Source of the DNA: Bacteroidales bacterium
GTDB lineage: Bacteria; Bacteroidota; Bacteroidia; Bacteroidales; VadinHA17
Length of the DNA stretch: 53,429 bases
Direction: 5' to 3'
Assembly (NCBI GenBank): GCA_046484805.1
Contig: JAWOIF010000055.1
Span: 1-53,429, forward strand
Shown here: piece by piece, positions 1 through 9,202 of the stretch
Position numbering within the stretch: the first letter of the stretch is position 1
Layout: each line of letters begins with the position of its first letter
The notes under the pieces: model-generated
The model's database searches: none
The model's input: only the letters and a program-made list of their open reading frames with translations
What the model was told of the DNA's origin: nothing
Made by a program: the position numbers and the translations under genes

Positions 1-342
1 CCTGTAAAGAAGTTCTTCCATTGAGAAGGGTTTGGTGAGATAATCATCTGCACCGGTTATGAATCCCTCAATAATATCTTCCTTCTGGTTTCTTGCAGTG
101 AGATAGATTACAGGTGCGGCCGGGTCAATCTTCCGAATTTGCCTGACCAACTCAAAACCATCCATAACCGGCATCATTACATCAATAATGCTGATTGAGA
201 GATTTCCTGATTTGAATCCTTCAAGAGCTTTCTGCCCGTCACCGTAAAGGAGAACTTCATACCCTTTTGCGTTAAGATAATTCTGTAAAAGTGTTCCCAG
301 GTTTTCGTCATCCTCAGCAAGGAGGATCCTTTTTCTTTCCAT
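1..342 (-). CDS. rprY: OmpR-family response regulator (RprY-like), N-terminal receiver domain; truncated by the window edge
   Basis: Not in the ORF track. Manual translation from ATG at 342 gives MERKRILLAEDDENLGTLLQNYLNAKGYEV..., followed by DVMMPVMDGF and GADDY receiver motifs. Overlaps the 3' end of the sensor kinase gene. Confidence 0.85.
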   Translation of the reverse strand, partial: MERKRILLAEDDENLGTLLQNYLNAKGYEVLLYGDGQKALEGFKSGNLSISIIDVMMPVMDGFELVRQIRKIDPAAPVIYLTARNQKEDIIEGFITGADDYLTKPFSMEELLYR

Positions 343-1894
343 GGTCGGAATATTTTGGAATATGTATAATAAACTTCGTTCCTTTGTTAATAGTACTTTC
401 GACCCTTATTTTTCCTCCGTGGCAGTCAATGACCCTTCTGACATAGCTTAGTCCCAGGCCAAACCCCTTTACATCATGAACCCTGCCTGTTGGCACGCGG
501 AAGAATTTGTCATAAATATGCTTAAGATTTTGTTTGCTGATGCCGATTCCTTTGTCCTGTATTGATACGGTAATCGTCCCTCCCCGTGAATGGGTTGAAA
601 TCTTTATCTCAGGCCTGTCGGGAGAGTATTTTATTGCATTATCAATGATATTGGAAACAGCGTTAGTCATATGTACTTCATCGATCGCGACAAGAGGATT
701 TTCTGCCTTATAGTTTTTGATGATCAATACCTGACGCTCGGAGATTTGCAGCTCGAAGCCCATGATTGCCTTGTCAATCAGGAGATGGAGGTCAACAGGT
801 TCAATCTTGAGTCGCAACCTGGTTCTTTCGAAGACGGCCGTCTGAAGAACCTTCTCCACCTGGTATTTAAGTTTCAGCGATTCATCGGATACTATTCTGG
901 CAAGGTTATCTGTGTCTTTGCTCTCATTTGGAATGGTTTTGTCAGAAAGCATCTGCGACGCTAAAAAAATTGTTGAAATTGGGGTCTTCAGCTCATGAGT
1001 CATGTTATTAATGAAGTCACTCCTGATCTCAGACATCTTTTTCTGGCGCAATATTACAGAGAATGTTGCAGTCGAGACCACGATCAGCAGGATCGTGAAT
1101 ATGATCGAAGAGAAGCCGAGCATGCCAATCTGAATGAACTTGTATTGCTTTTCCTTGCTGAAATAGACATGTATCATATTCTGACCCGGTACAGGATCAT
1201 TCGGGAAGAGCTGTCTTAAAAATATGTTTGGACCCGATGAATAGGTGAACCCCGGACTCGTATATACTATACTTGAGTTCCCTGACCTGACAGAAAATTC
1301 ATAATCGAGGTATATGCCAACGTTATTGAATGATCTTCTGAGAAGGCTGTTTATATCATCTGGATTTATCCTTTCACGCAGATCAGGCGTCTCAGCAAGG
1401 ATCTTCTCCATTACATTCTCGAGGTACACTATTTTATTGGAGACTCTCATTACAACTCCGGCCTCCATCGTCTCATCATAGCTGCCAGGAAAATTCTCTG
1501 AAAGATAGTCAGTGAGCATTTCAGGAGAGAGAGTTATTCTGTGTGTAAGATCTATCAGACTGTCTGAACGAAACAGTTCCGCAGGGTCGGTCGTAATGTG
1601 TATTCCGGTCTCAGGATCATAACCGACTATCTTGCCGTAGATTGGCGACTCGGCCGGCAGTATGGCTGTTACTGAATCGGGAGAGGTATCTCCTATCTCT
1701 TTCATGAGCCTGTCCATCAGCTCTTTGCCCTCCATTTCCCTTACCACCGCATCGAGAGCCCTGTTAACCTGGTACCTGAATTGCTGATCATTGATATCAA
1801 TGGCATTTGTGATCCAGTAAACCTGAATGAAAATCAATCCTGAAAGGACAAAGGCAAACAGGATCGCAATTACCAGTATGGTTCTTCTCTTCAT
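314..1894 (-). CDS. rprX: Membrane sensor histidine kinase (RprX-like)
   Basis: Two TM segments, H-box FINNMTHELKTPI, N-box NIIDNAIKY, G-boxes DKGIGI and KGFGLGL; coupled to the regulator gene. Confidence 0.85.
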   Translation of the reverse strand: MKRRTILVIAILFAFVLSGLIFIQVYWITNAIDINDQQFRYQVNRALDAVVREMEGKELMDRLMKEIGDTSPDSVTAILPAESPIYGKIVGYDPETGIHITTDPAELFRSDSLIDLTHRITLSPEMLTDYLSENFPGSYDETMEAGVVMRVSNKIVYLENVMEKILAETPDLRERINPDDINSLLRRSFNNVGIYLDYEFSVRSGNSSIVYTSPGFTYSSGPNIFLRQLFPNDPVPGQNMIHVYFSKEKQYKFIQIGMLGFSSIIFTILLIVVSTATFSVILRQKKMSEIRSDFINNMTHELKTPISTIFLASQMLSDKTIPNESKDTDNLARIVSDESLKLKYQVEKVLQTAVFERTRLRLKIEPVDLHLLIDKAIMGFELQISERQVLIIKNYKAENPLVAIDEVHMTNAVSNIIDNAIKYSPDRPEIKISTHSRGGTITVSIQDKGIGISKQNLKHIYDKFFRVPTGRVHDVKGFGLGLSYVRRVIDCHGGKIRVESTINKGTKFIIHIPKYSDHGKKKDPPC

Positions 1895-1899
1895 TTTTG

Positions 1900-1949
1900 C
1901 AAAAATATACCCAAATAGTCAGAGTTAACACTAATTAACATACTTTAAC
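1900..1949 (-). promoter_or_regulatory. rprXY promoter (-7 box TATTTTTG) with three GTTAA direct repeats at a 10-bp period
   Basis: Minus-strand TATTTTTG at 1907-1900. Plus-strand TTAAC at 1925, 1935 and 1945. Confidence 0.6.
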
Positions 1950-2061
1950 TAATGGGCGTGAATCCAGAAAATCAATCTCTTACAAACCTCCTTCGGAGTT
2001 TAGTGTTGCCTTACCGGTAAGGCTAAAATGAGAGAAAAAATTATTCGCAACTGAACTTTTT

Positions 2062-2077
2062 TGGCACGTGTTTTGTT
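2062..2077 (+). promoter_or_regulatory. sigma54 (-24/-12) type promoter
   Basis: TGGCACG-TGTT-TTGT against consensus TGGCACG-N4-TTGC(W); spacing exact, one mismatch at -12. Confidence 0.65.
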
Positions 2078-2087
2078 ACATATCAAA

Positions 2088-2170
2088 CAGAGGTTTTTTT
2101 TCATAGGTTAGGTTAGTTTTAGGGTTAACAGAAGAACAGGAGGTGAGCAATCACCTCCTTCTTCTTTTTT
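2088..2170 (+). ncRNA. Putative sigma54-dependent small RNA with an anti-start-codon seed (GibS/FopS-like architecture)
   Basis: Promoter upstream, GT-rich seed GGTTTTTTTTCATAGGTTAGGTTAGTTTTAGGGTTAAC, then a GCAA-loop hairpin with a U tail. No plus-strand ORF explains the terminator. Confidence 0.6.
2138..2170 (+). terminator. Intrinsic terminator (may also act on the converging fabF operon)
   Basis: AGGAGGTGA-GCAA-TCACCTCCT followed by TCTTCTTTTTT. Confidence 0.8.
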
Positions 2171-2187
2171 ACGATCTGATCTGCAGA

Positions 2188-2634
2188 TCAGTGGAGAGGG
2201 ATTAGTTTTTCGAAGATATCCTTATCGATCAATGCCCTTTCAATATTAAAAATACCATTTGTCACTCCGGATTTTCTGACTGATGATGCAAATTCGTTAT
2301 CATCGCACTCATTTTCCGAATCATTGAAGTGAAGTATCAGGTAGTCAATATTGGCAAGCTTCTTTACGAGGCTTATGCTTTCGTAGCGATTTGACACAAG
2401 GGCCGTCCACTTCAAGGGTATTTCCGAAAGATCGCAGAATCTGGCAAAGTTGATTTTATTTCCCTTACCGTCATCAACTACGACTGGTGTATCACTTTTT
2501 AATGATATACCCAGCAGGTTATTGAGTGCAAGGCAGAGCTTGTATGCCGGTTCAGGGAAGACAATCCCGTATATTGAACAGCAGGTGTCGTCTTTTACCT
2601 GAAGTTGGATTTTTCTTATTTTATCACTTCCCAC
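2188..2634 (-). CDS. IPExxxVDY-family conserved hypothetical protein
   Basis: GTG start. YGI..PAYKLCLALNNLLGISL and VKKLANIDYL resemble this Bacteroidota family, which usually lies downstream of fabF/rnc. Confidence 0.65.
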   Translation of the reverse strand: MGSDKIRKIQLQVKDDTCCSIYGIVFPEPAYKLCLALNNLLGISLKSDTPVVVDDGKGNKINFARFCDLSEIPLKWTALVSNRYESISLVKKLANIDYLILHFNDSENECDDNEFASSVRKSGVTNGIFNIERALIDKDIFEKLIPLH

Positions 2635-2712
2635 GGTTCTTTATTATGATTGTTCAAAACTGCCCATCTCGAACTCGAAGATTGGGAGGGCTAAGGAACC
2701 GGGATACCAGGG

Positions 2713-3954
2713 TTATGGCTTCTTAAATACCACTGAAGCATTATGCCCTCCGAAGCCAAAGGTGTTGCTCAGGGCGTACCTTACCGGTCTTGTTTCTGCC
2801 TTATCGGGGGTTATGTTAAGTTTCGGGTCTATTTCAGGGTCGGGTACCCGGTAGTTAATTGTCGGAGGCACTATATCGTTATATATTGCAAGTATTGCTG
2901 CAATTGCCTCAATTGCCCCGGCCGCACCCAGAAGATGACCCGTCATTGATTTTGTTGCGCTGATATTTAGCTTATAGGCGTGGTCTCCAAACAGTGAAAC
3001 AATTGCTTTGGTTTCAGAGATGTCTCCCAGAGGGGTGGCGGTTCCGTGTACATTAATATAGTCAACATCGGTAACTTTAATGCCTGCCTCTTCAATTGCC
3101 AGCTTCATTACGTTGCGGGCGCCCTGTCCGTCGGGGTGAGGGGCTGTAAGGTGGTGTGCATCTGCAGTCATGCCTGTACCAACAACTTCGGCATAAATAC
3201 GGGCTCCCCTGGCCAGGGCATGTTCATATTCTTCGAGGATAAGAGCTCCTGCACCCTCTCCCATAACGAATCCGTCACGGGTCTTATCGAAGGGGCGCGA
3301 TGCAGTCTTGTACTCTTCATTGTTTGTTGAAATGGCCATCATGGCATTAAAACCTCCGATGCCCGGCTCGTTGATTGCAGCTTCTGATCCCCCTGCAATG
3401 AAGATGTCAGCTTTCCCTATCATAATGTAGGTATAGGCATCTATCAGCGAATTTGTGGAGGAGGCACAGGCGGAAACAGTTGAGAAATTAGGACCTCTGA
3501 ATCCGTATTTGATCGATAATAACCCCCCTGCAATGTCGCTTATCATTTTGGGAATAAAGAAAGGGCTGAAACGGGGAGTTCCTCCACCCGTAACAAACCC
3601 TTTTATTTCATTGGTAAATGTCTCTATTCCCCCAATGCCCGAAGACCATATTATTCCGACCCTGTCTCTGTCAATGTTATCAGGGTCAATACCCGCGTTC
3701 TTCAGAGCCTCATCTGCTGCAATATGTGCATATTGAGCATAGAGATCCATCTTTCGGACCTCTTTCCTGTCAAAATAGTTTGCCGGGTCATAGTTTTTCA
3801 GTTCGCATGCAAACCTGGTTTTAAACTTTGAGGCATCGAAATTCTTTATGAGGTCAGATCCGCTGACCCCCGCCTTAAGTGATTCCCAGTATTCATGCAA
3901 ATCATTCCCAATGGGAGTAAGAGCCCCCATTCCGGTTACTACCACCCTTCTCAT
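2713..3954 (-). CDS. fabF: 3-oxoacyl-ACP synthase II
   Basis: MRRVVVTGMG, catalytic SACAS, HGTAT, KSMTGHLLGAAG and SNTFGFGGHN. Confidence 0.97.
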   Translation of the reverse strand: MRRVVVTGMGALTPIGNDLHEYWESLKAGVSGSDLIKNFDASKFKTRFACELKNYDPANYFDRKEVRKMDLYAQYAHIAADEALKNAGIDPDNIDRDRVGIIWSSGIGGIETFTNEIKGFVTGGGTPRFSPFFIPKMISDIAGGLLSIKYGFRGPNFSTVSACASSTNSLIDAYTYIMIGKADIFIAGGSEAAINEPGIGGFNAMMAISTNNEEYKTASRPFDKTRDGFVMGEGAGALILEEYEHALARGARIYAEVVGTGMTADAHHLTAPHPDGQGARNVMKLAIEEAGIKVTDVDYINVHGTATPLGDISETKAIVSLFGDHAYKLNISATKSMTGHLLGAAGAIEAIAAILAIYNDIVPPTINYRVPDPEIDPKLNITPDKAETRPVRYALSNTFGFGGHNASVVFKKP

Positions 3955-3976
3955 AAACAGATTTATTTACGCAATA

Positions 3977-4213
3977 TTACTTTGCATTCTCCTCGATGTA
4001 CTTGATGGCTTCGCCAACAGTACTGATGCTTTCAGCCTGATCGTCGGGAATTCCGATATTGAATTCTTTTTCAAACTCCATAATAAGCTCAACGGTGTCG
4101 AGTGAATCGGCTCCGAGATCGTTTGTGAAGCTTGCATCAGCTGTTACTTCTGATTCATCAACTCCCAGTTTGTCAACGATGATCTGCTTTACTCTTGTTG
4201 CAATGTCAGACAT
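3977..4213 (-). CDS. acpP: Acyl carrier protein
   Basis: [11 protein letters not shown] phosphopantetheine motif; start corrected to MSDIA (ATG at 4213). Confidence 0.97.
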   Translation of the reverse strand: MSDIATRVKQIIVDKLGVDESEVTADASFTNDLGADSLDTVELIMEFEKEFNIGIPDDQAESISTVGEAIKYIEENAK

Positions 4214-4397
4214 ACCAATAAATTTAAAATTAATACTAGGTTTAAAACCATGCAAAGAAATATATTTGTACCATATTATTCAAATGATTTGATAAAATTT
4301 TGTATACCACAGGGATTAAGACGCACATATACAGCGACATAGAGACACTAATGAGTCGTAATAGACCACTTCTCTTAATATTGATAATAACCACATA

Positions 4398-4973
4398 ATG
4401 AATAAGATAGTAGTTTTTGCATCAGGGTCGGGAACCAATGCCGCGAACATAATAAGATATTTTTCGACCGGAAAAAATGCAAAAGTTGTCTCAGTATTTG
4501 TCAATAATCCTGAAGCAGCAGTAATAAAAAGGGTTACAGTACTTGGCACAGATGTTTTCCTTTTCGACCGTGACGATTTATGTGTCACTGGCAGAGTGCT
4601 TGAAAAGCTTAAAGAGTTGGGAACTGATCTGATTGTCCTGGCTGGCTTCCTGTGGCATATCCCCGATACTATAACCTCACAATACAGAGGTCAGATAGTC
4701 AATATTCATCCGGCGCTTTTACCTGAGTTCGGGGGCAGGGGGATGTATGGAGAAAGGGTTCATAAGGCAGTTATTGAAGCCGGGAAGAAGAAAAGTGGCA
4801 TTACCATTCATTACGTAAATGAGAAGTATGATGAAGGTGATATCATCTTCAGGGCTGAATGTGAAGTGGTTGCCGGTGACACCCCTGCCACACTTGCAGC
4901 AAGGGTACATGAACTTGAATACAAATATTATCCTTTTATTATTGAAAAATTGCTGGCCGGTGAGAAGGTGTGA
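4398..4973 (+). CDS. purN: Phosphoribosylglycinamide formyltransferase
   Basis: FASGSGTNA, NIHPALLP and GITIHYVNEKYDEG. Confidence 0.96.
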   Translation: MNKIVVFASGSGTNAANIIRYFSTGKNAKVVSVFVNNPEAAVIKRVTVLGTDVFLFDRDDLCVTGRVLEKLKELGTDLIVLAGFLWHIPDTITSQYRGQIVNIHPALLPEFGGRGMYGERVHKAVIEAGKKKSGITIHYVNEKYDEGDIIFRAECEVVAGDTPATLAARVHELEYKYYPFIIEKLLAGEKV

Positions 4974-4975
4974 GG

Positions 4976-6235
4976 TCAGATTGCCCTCAGCAGCGAAAGC
5001 ATTATATCCAGCACCATTGAAAACCGCTCCATATTCTCTTCAGAGACCGGCTCTACCGGGGGTGATTCAACCTTAAGCGGATTGACAGGCTGGCCGTTCC
5101 TGTAAAATCTGAAATCAAGGTGAGGCCCTGTTGACAGACCCGTACTGCCAACATAGCCTATTACGTCCCCCTGTTTAACCCATACGTTCGGGGCAATTCC
5201 TTTTGCAAATGATGACAGGTGCATATAGGCTGTCGAATAGACGCTGTTATGCCTTATCCGTACTATTCTTCCTTCAGCCCGAAGGTATTGGGTTGATATA
5301 ACCCTGCCGTCGCCAATTGCGAGAACAGGGGTGCCGACAGGCGCTGCATAATCAACTCCGTAGTGAGGTCTTACAATTTTAAGTATCGGATGAAGCCTGG
5401 CTGAGGAGTAACCTGAACTTATCCTGGAATACCTCAGCGGCGCTTTCAGAAATGCTTTCCGCAGGCTGTTGCCGTCTTCATCGTAGTAACTCACGGTTCC
5501 GTCCTGCATAAATGGTATTGCTATCAGCTCCTTTCCGGCATGTGTAAATATGGCTCCGTTTACCGAGCTGATCCCTGCCGACTTGTCCCCGGTAAATGCT
5601 TCCTCATAGATTATACTGAAGCTGTCGCCCTTCTGAAGGCCGAAGAAATCGATACTCCATGCGTATATTTCTGACAGTTCAACAGCCAGTATCGGGTTAA
5701 CATCTGCAGAGATCATGGCCTCCCACAGGGAAGATTCAATGACCCCTTTAACCATCCTTATTTCCCTCACCGTTTCGTGCCTGTAATCGGTTATGCCGGG
5801 GCTCTCTTCGAGGTTAAATATGTGTGAAAGAGTATTGTCGTGTTCATAAACCAGATATGAGGGCCGCAGGGCAGTATCTGATGACCAGAAGAAGGTATAG
5901 TTATTGCCATATCGCACCTTCCTGGAATCAATAGTACTGGTCGAACCGGCCAGCATACGGTCGATCTCGGGATAGCTGAAGCCCTTCGACAGCAGCAGCG
6001 ACGAAATCATCTCATTTCTCCTTATCCTGCCTGGTTCCGGCACGAACGTGTCAGGCACAACGTCATAAATATATGAAACCGGCGGTGACGGTTCATCTAC
6101 AATATCAATATCATCACTGAAGACATCCTGTTCCGCATGCAGTGATTTGCAGGAACCAGGGGCAATTATCATGATCAGGCTCAAAATGAGCAGCAGAGGC
6201 CGGAGTGAAATGTTGAAAGGGCGGTACAGTATCAT
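4976..6235 (-). CDS. M23-family peptidoglycan DD-metalloendopeptidase (MepM/Csd3-like)
   Basis: N-terminal TM segment, HYGVDYAAP (HxxxD) and GYVGSTGLSTGPHLDF (HxD variant of the HxH motif). Confidence 0.9.
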   Translation of the reverse strand: MILYRPFNISLRPLLLILSLIMIIAPGSCKSLHAEQDVFSDDIDIVDEPSPPVSYIYDVVPDTFVPEPGRIRRNEMISSLLLSKGFSYPEIDRMLAGSTSTIDSRKVRYGNNYTFFWSSDTALRPSYLVYEHDNTLSHIFNLEESPGITDYRHETVREIRMVKGVIESSLWEAMISADVNPILAVELSEIYAWSIDFFGLQKGDSFSIIYEEAFTGDKSAGISSVNGAIFTHAGKELIAIPFMQDGTVSYYDEDGNSLRKAFLKAPLRYSRISSGYSSARLHPILKIVRPHYGVDYAAPVGTPVLAIGDGRVISTQYLRAEGRIVRIRHNSVYSTAYMHLSSFAKGIAPNVWVKQGDVIGYVGSTGLSTGPHLDFRFYRNGQPVNPLKVESPPVEPVSEENMERFSMVLDIMLSLLRAI

Positions 6236-6244
6236 CAGTTTTGT

Positions 6245-8902
6245 CTATACTACAATATTAATAATACGTCCCTTTACGAATATAACCTTCCGGGGAGGTT
6301 TTCCGGCAAGCCATTTTTCTGATCTGGAGTCAGCAGTTATTATTCCCTCTATCTCTTCTGACGGGGTGTCAAGAGGCAATTCAATTTTGAACCTGAGTTT
6401 CCCGTTAAACGACACCGGGTATTCGTAAGAATCCTCTTTCAGCAGGGACTCATTTACCACCGGCCAGGGCTCCCGGGCAAGGCTGCCTGAGTGCCCGAGT
6501 ATCTGCCATAGTTCTTCTGCCAGATGCGGAGCAAAAGGAGAGAGTGTAAGGGCGAACTGCGAAGCACTTTCATGCGATATTCGCTCCTTCCTTGTGACGG
6601 TATTGAGGAAGATCATCATTGCCGATATGGCTGTATTGAACCTCATGTGTTCAATATCCGATTCGACTTTCCTAATGGTTTTGTGCAGTGCTTTCAGTAT
6701 TTCAGGGTCTTCTTCTCCACCATGAATATTGTCGGGGTCGGAGAAAAAGCGGAAGGCTCTTGAAAGGAAGCCAAAAACACCCTTAACGCCTTTGTCATCC
6801 CATGGTTTGGTAGCTTCAAGCGGGCCCATGAACATTTCGTATAGTCTCAATGAATCGGCTCCGTAGCGGCCTGTTACATCATCGGGATTAACAACATTCT
6901 TTAGCGATTTCGACATCTTGGCAACTATCTGCTTCAGTTCTGCGCCTGTTTCGGTATGATAGTGCCTGCCCTCCTTCTCCACAACCATATCGGCAGGTAC
7001 CTTTGCCCCCGCAGGAGTTTCATAGGCAAATGCCAGTATCATTCCCTGGTTAAAGAGTTTTTTAAAAGGTTCGTCTGTCGATACTATGCCAAGGTCGAAG
7101 AGCACCTTGTGCCAGAACCGGGCATAAAGAAGGTGGAGTACGGCATGTTCAGCACCTCCTACATAAAGATCGACTGGCATCCAGTACTTCTCCTTTTCGC
7201 TGTCGAATATTCTGTCACGGTTCAGGGGATCGATATACCTCAGGTAGTACCAGCATGAACCGGCCCACTGTGGCATTGTATTGGTTTCACGTCTCCCTTT
7301 CCTTCCATCAGGTCCGGTAACATTTACCCAGCTTACGGCGTTTGCCAGCGGTGACTCGCCTGAATCACCCGGCTGATATTTTTCCATTTCAGGAAGGGTG
7401 ACAGGCAGTTCCTTTTCATCGAGAATCTCTATCTCTCCATCTTCCCAGTGAATTACCGGAAATGGTTCTCCCCAGTATCTCTGTCTGCTGAATAACCAGT
7501 CCCTGAGCTTGTAGTTTACCCGTGCTTCACCCAGATTCCGGTCTGTTAGCCATTTGGTTATTACGTCTATACCCTTTTCCTTATTCAGACCGTTTATGTC
7601 GATTCCTCTTCCGGTATCGGCAGAGTTTATATATTTTCCGTCTTCAGTCCAGCATTCCCTGCCGGAAAGAATCAGGTTTCTGAGTTGTTCATCTGTAGTA
7701 TCAGGATCCATTATGCATCTGATCTCCAGCCCGAACTTTTCTGCAAATTCATGATCGCGGGAATCGTGCGCCGGAACTGCCATAATTGCCCCGGTTCCGT
7801 ATCCGGTAAGTACGTAATCGGCTATCCATACCGGGATTTCGGCTCCGTTTACCGGGTTTATGGCATAACTTCCGGTAAAGACCCCCGTCTTTTCTTTTGC
7901 AAGATCGGTACGGTCGAGATCTGATTTTAACAGGGTTGCGTTAATATATTCCTCTACCTTTTCCTTCTGGTCATATGAGGTGATCTCTTTTACCAGGTGA
8001 TGTTCAGGAGCCAGCACCATGTAGGTTGCACCGAAAAGGGTATCTGGCCGGGTGGTGAATACCCTGATTAATGCAGAATGATCTTTAACACTGAAATCCA
8101 CCTCGGCGCCTTCCGACCGGCCGATCCAGTTCCGTTGCATCTCCTTTATTCCTTCGGGCCAGTCAACGGTTTCGAGTCCGGCGAGCAGCCTTTCGGCATA
8201 GTTGGGAATCCTGAGCAGCCATTGCTTAAGCTGCTTGCGCAGAACTTCGTTGCCGCATTTCTCATGAGATCCGTCAGCCAGCACCTCTTCATTGGCGCAG
8301 ACTATATTGCATGAGGGGCACCACCACACGCTGGCATCATCATAATAAGCCAGTCTCTGTGAGTCGGTGTATTCGCGTACGGCCCTTTCACCTGCCGCAA
8401 TAATATTTGCAGGGACTCTGAGTTCGGACACCGGCCTGCCTCTTCCTTCGGTCTCATCAAACCATGTATTGAAGAGTTTGATGAATATCCATTGCGTCCA
8501 TTTGAAGTATTCCGGATCGGTTGTATTTATCTCCCTGTCCCAGTCGTAACCCAGGCCAATCTCCTTTATCTGCCGCCTGAAAGTTTCACAGTTCCTGAGC
8601 GTGGTTACCGAGGGATGTGTCCCTGTCTGAATGGCATACTGTTCAGCCGGTAGTCCGAATGCATCCCATCCCATGGGATGAAGAACATTATAACCCTTCA
8701 TACGCTTGTAGCGGCTTATGATGTCAGTAGCCGTATATCCTTCAGGGTGTCCTACATGAAGTCCCGCTCCCGAAGGATAGGGGAACATATCGAGTATATA
8801 ATATTTCTTTTTGTTTGAGAAGTCATCTTCGGTTTTGAAAGTTTTGTGTTCCTCCCAGAACTTCTGCCATTTGTTCTCTATTTCCCTGAAGTTGTAATCC
8901 AT
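6245..8902 (-). CDS. leuS: Leucine--tRNA ligase
   Basis: [12 protein letters not shown] (HIGH motif), KMSKS, CP1 editing domain FTTRPDT; start corrected to MDYNF (ATG at 8902). Confidence 0.97.
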   Translation of the reverse strand: MDYNFREIENKWQKFWEEHKTFKTEDDFSNKKKYYILDMFPYPSGAGLHVGHPEGYTATDIISRYKRMKGYNVLHPMGWDAFGLPAEQYAIQTGTHPSVTTLRNCETFRRQIKEIGLGYDWDREINTTDPEYFKWTQWIFIKLFNTWFDETEGRGRPVSELRVPANIIAAGERAVREYTDSQRLAYYDDASVWWCPSCNIVCANEEVLADGSHEKCGNEVLRKQLKQWLLRIPNYAERLLAGLETVDWPEGIKEMQRNWIGRSEGAEVDFSVKDHSALIRVFTTRPDTLFGATYMVLAPEHHLVKEITSYDQKEKVEEYINATLLKSDLDRTDLAKEKTGVFTGSYAINPVNGAEIPVWIADYVLTGYGTGAIMAVPAHDSRDHEFAEKFGLEIRCIMDPDTTDEQLRNLILSGRECWTEDGKYINSADTGRGIDINGLNKEKGIDVITKWLTDRNLGEARVNYKLRDWLFSRQRYWGEPFPVIHWEDGEIEILDEKELPVTLPEMEKYQPGDSGESPLANAVSWVNVTGPDGRKGRRETNTMPQWAGSCWYYLRYIDPLNRDRIFDSEKEKYWMPVDLYVGGAEHAVLHLLYARFWHKVLFDLGIVSTDEPFKKLFNQGMILAFAYETPAGAKVPADMVVEKEGRHYHTETGAELKQIVAKMSKSLKNVVNPDDVTGRYGADSLRLYEMFMGPLEATKPWDDKGVKGVFGFLSRAFRFFSDPDNIHGGEEDPEILKALHKTIRKVESDIEHMRFNTAISAMMIFLNTVTRKERISHESASQFALTLSPFAPHLAEELWQILGHSGSLAREPWPVVNESLLKEDSYEYPVSFNGKLRFKIELPLDTPSEEIEGIITADSRSEKWLAGKPPRKVIFVKGRIINIVV

Positions 8903-9013
8903 TGTCGGAGTGTGGTTGGAGAGTTTATGCCTACAGGGGTGCGAAATTAGGAAATCTTTGTCAGAATGCAGCATTTCAGGTTTGCAGATGTATGCTGAAA
9001 ATGGTGAAAGAGC

Positions 9014-9044
9014 TTTGAAAAATGGAGTAATGATCTTACTTTTG
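9014..9044 (+). promoter_or_regulatory. Bacteroidota primary-sigma promoter for tRNA-Arg and probably mrp
   Basis: TTTG (9014-9017), a 19-nt spacer, then TACTTTTG (9037-9044), matching TTTG-N19-21-TAnnTTTG. Confidence 0.75.
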
Positions 9045-9056
9045 GTGCCTGAATAG

Positions 9057-9129
9057 GGTCCCGTAGTTCAATGGATAGAATGACAGATTCCGGTTCTGTT
9101 GGTTGTGGGTTCGAATCCCGCCGGGATCA
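9057..9129 (+). tRNA. tRNA-Arg (anticodon CCG)
   Basis: Acceptor stem GGTCCCG/CGGGATC, anticodon arm ACAGA-TTCCGGT-TCTGT, T arm GGTTCGAATCC; CCA not encoded. Confidence 0.95.
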
Positions 9130-9202
9130 CATGGTGACGGAATGCACAAGAGGAAGTCATGGAGAACCTTTTCCGGCTGTAGTTGTTAGATAATGATTAC
9201 AT

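Noticed and set aside
2000..2104. Minus-strand 34-aa ORF MKKNLCLICNKTRAKKVQLRIIFSLILALPVRQH with an ideal-looking start context
   Set aside because: Its start context is simply the complement of the sRNA seed, and the promoter and terminator both point along the plus strand. Kept only as the alternative hypothesis.
6245..8974. Upstream-extended starts in the ORF track (leuS 8974, acpP 4255, gdhA 23587, 19071, miaB 43941, 37790)
   Set aside because: The extensions run through promoters, repeats or neighbouring genes and lack family similarity; downstream ATGs fit the known N-termini.
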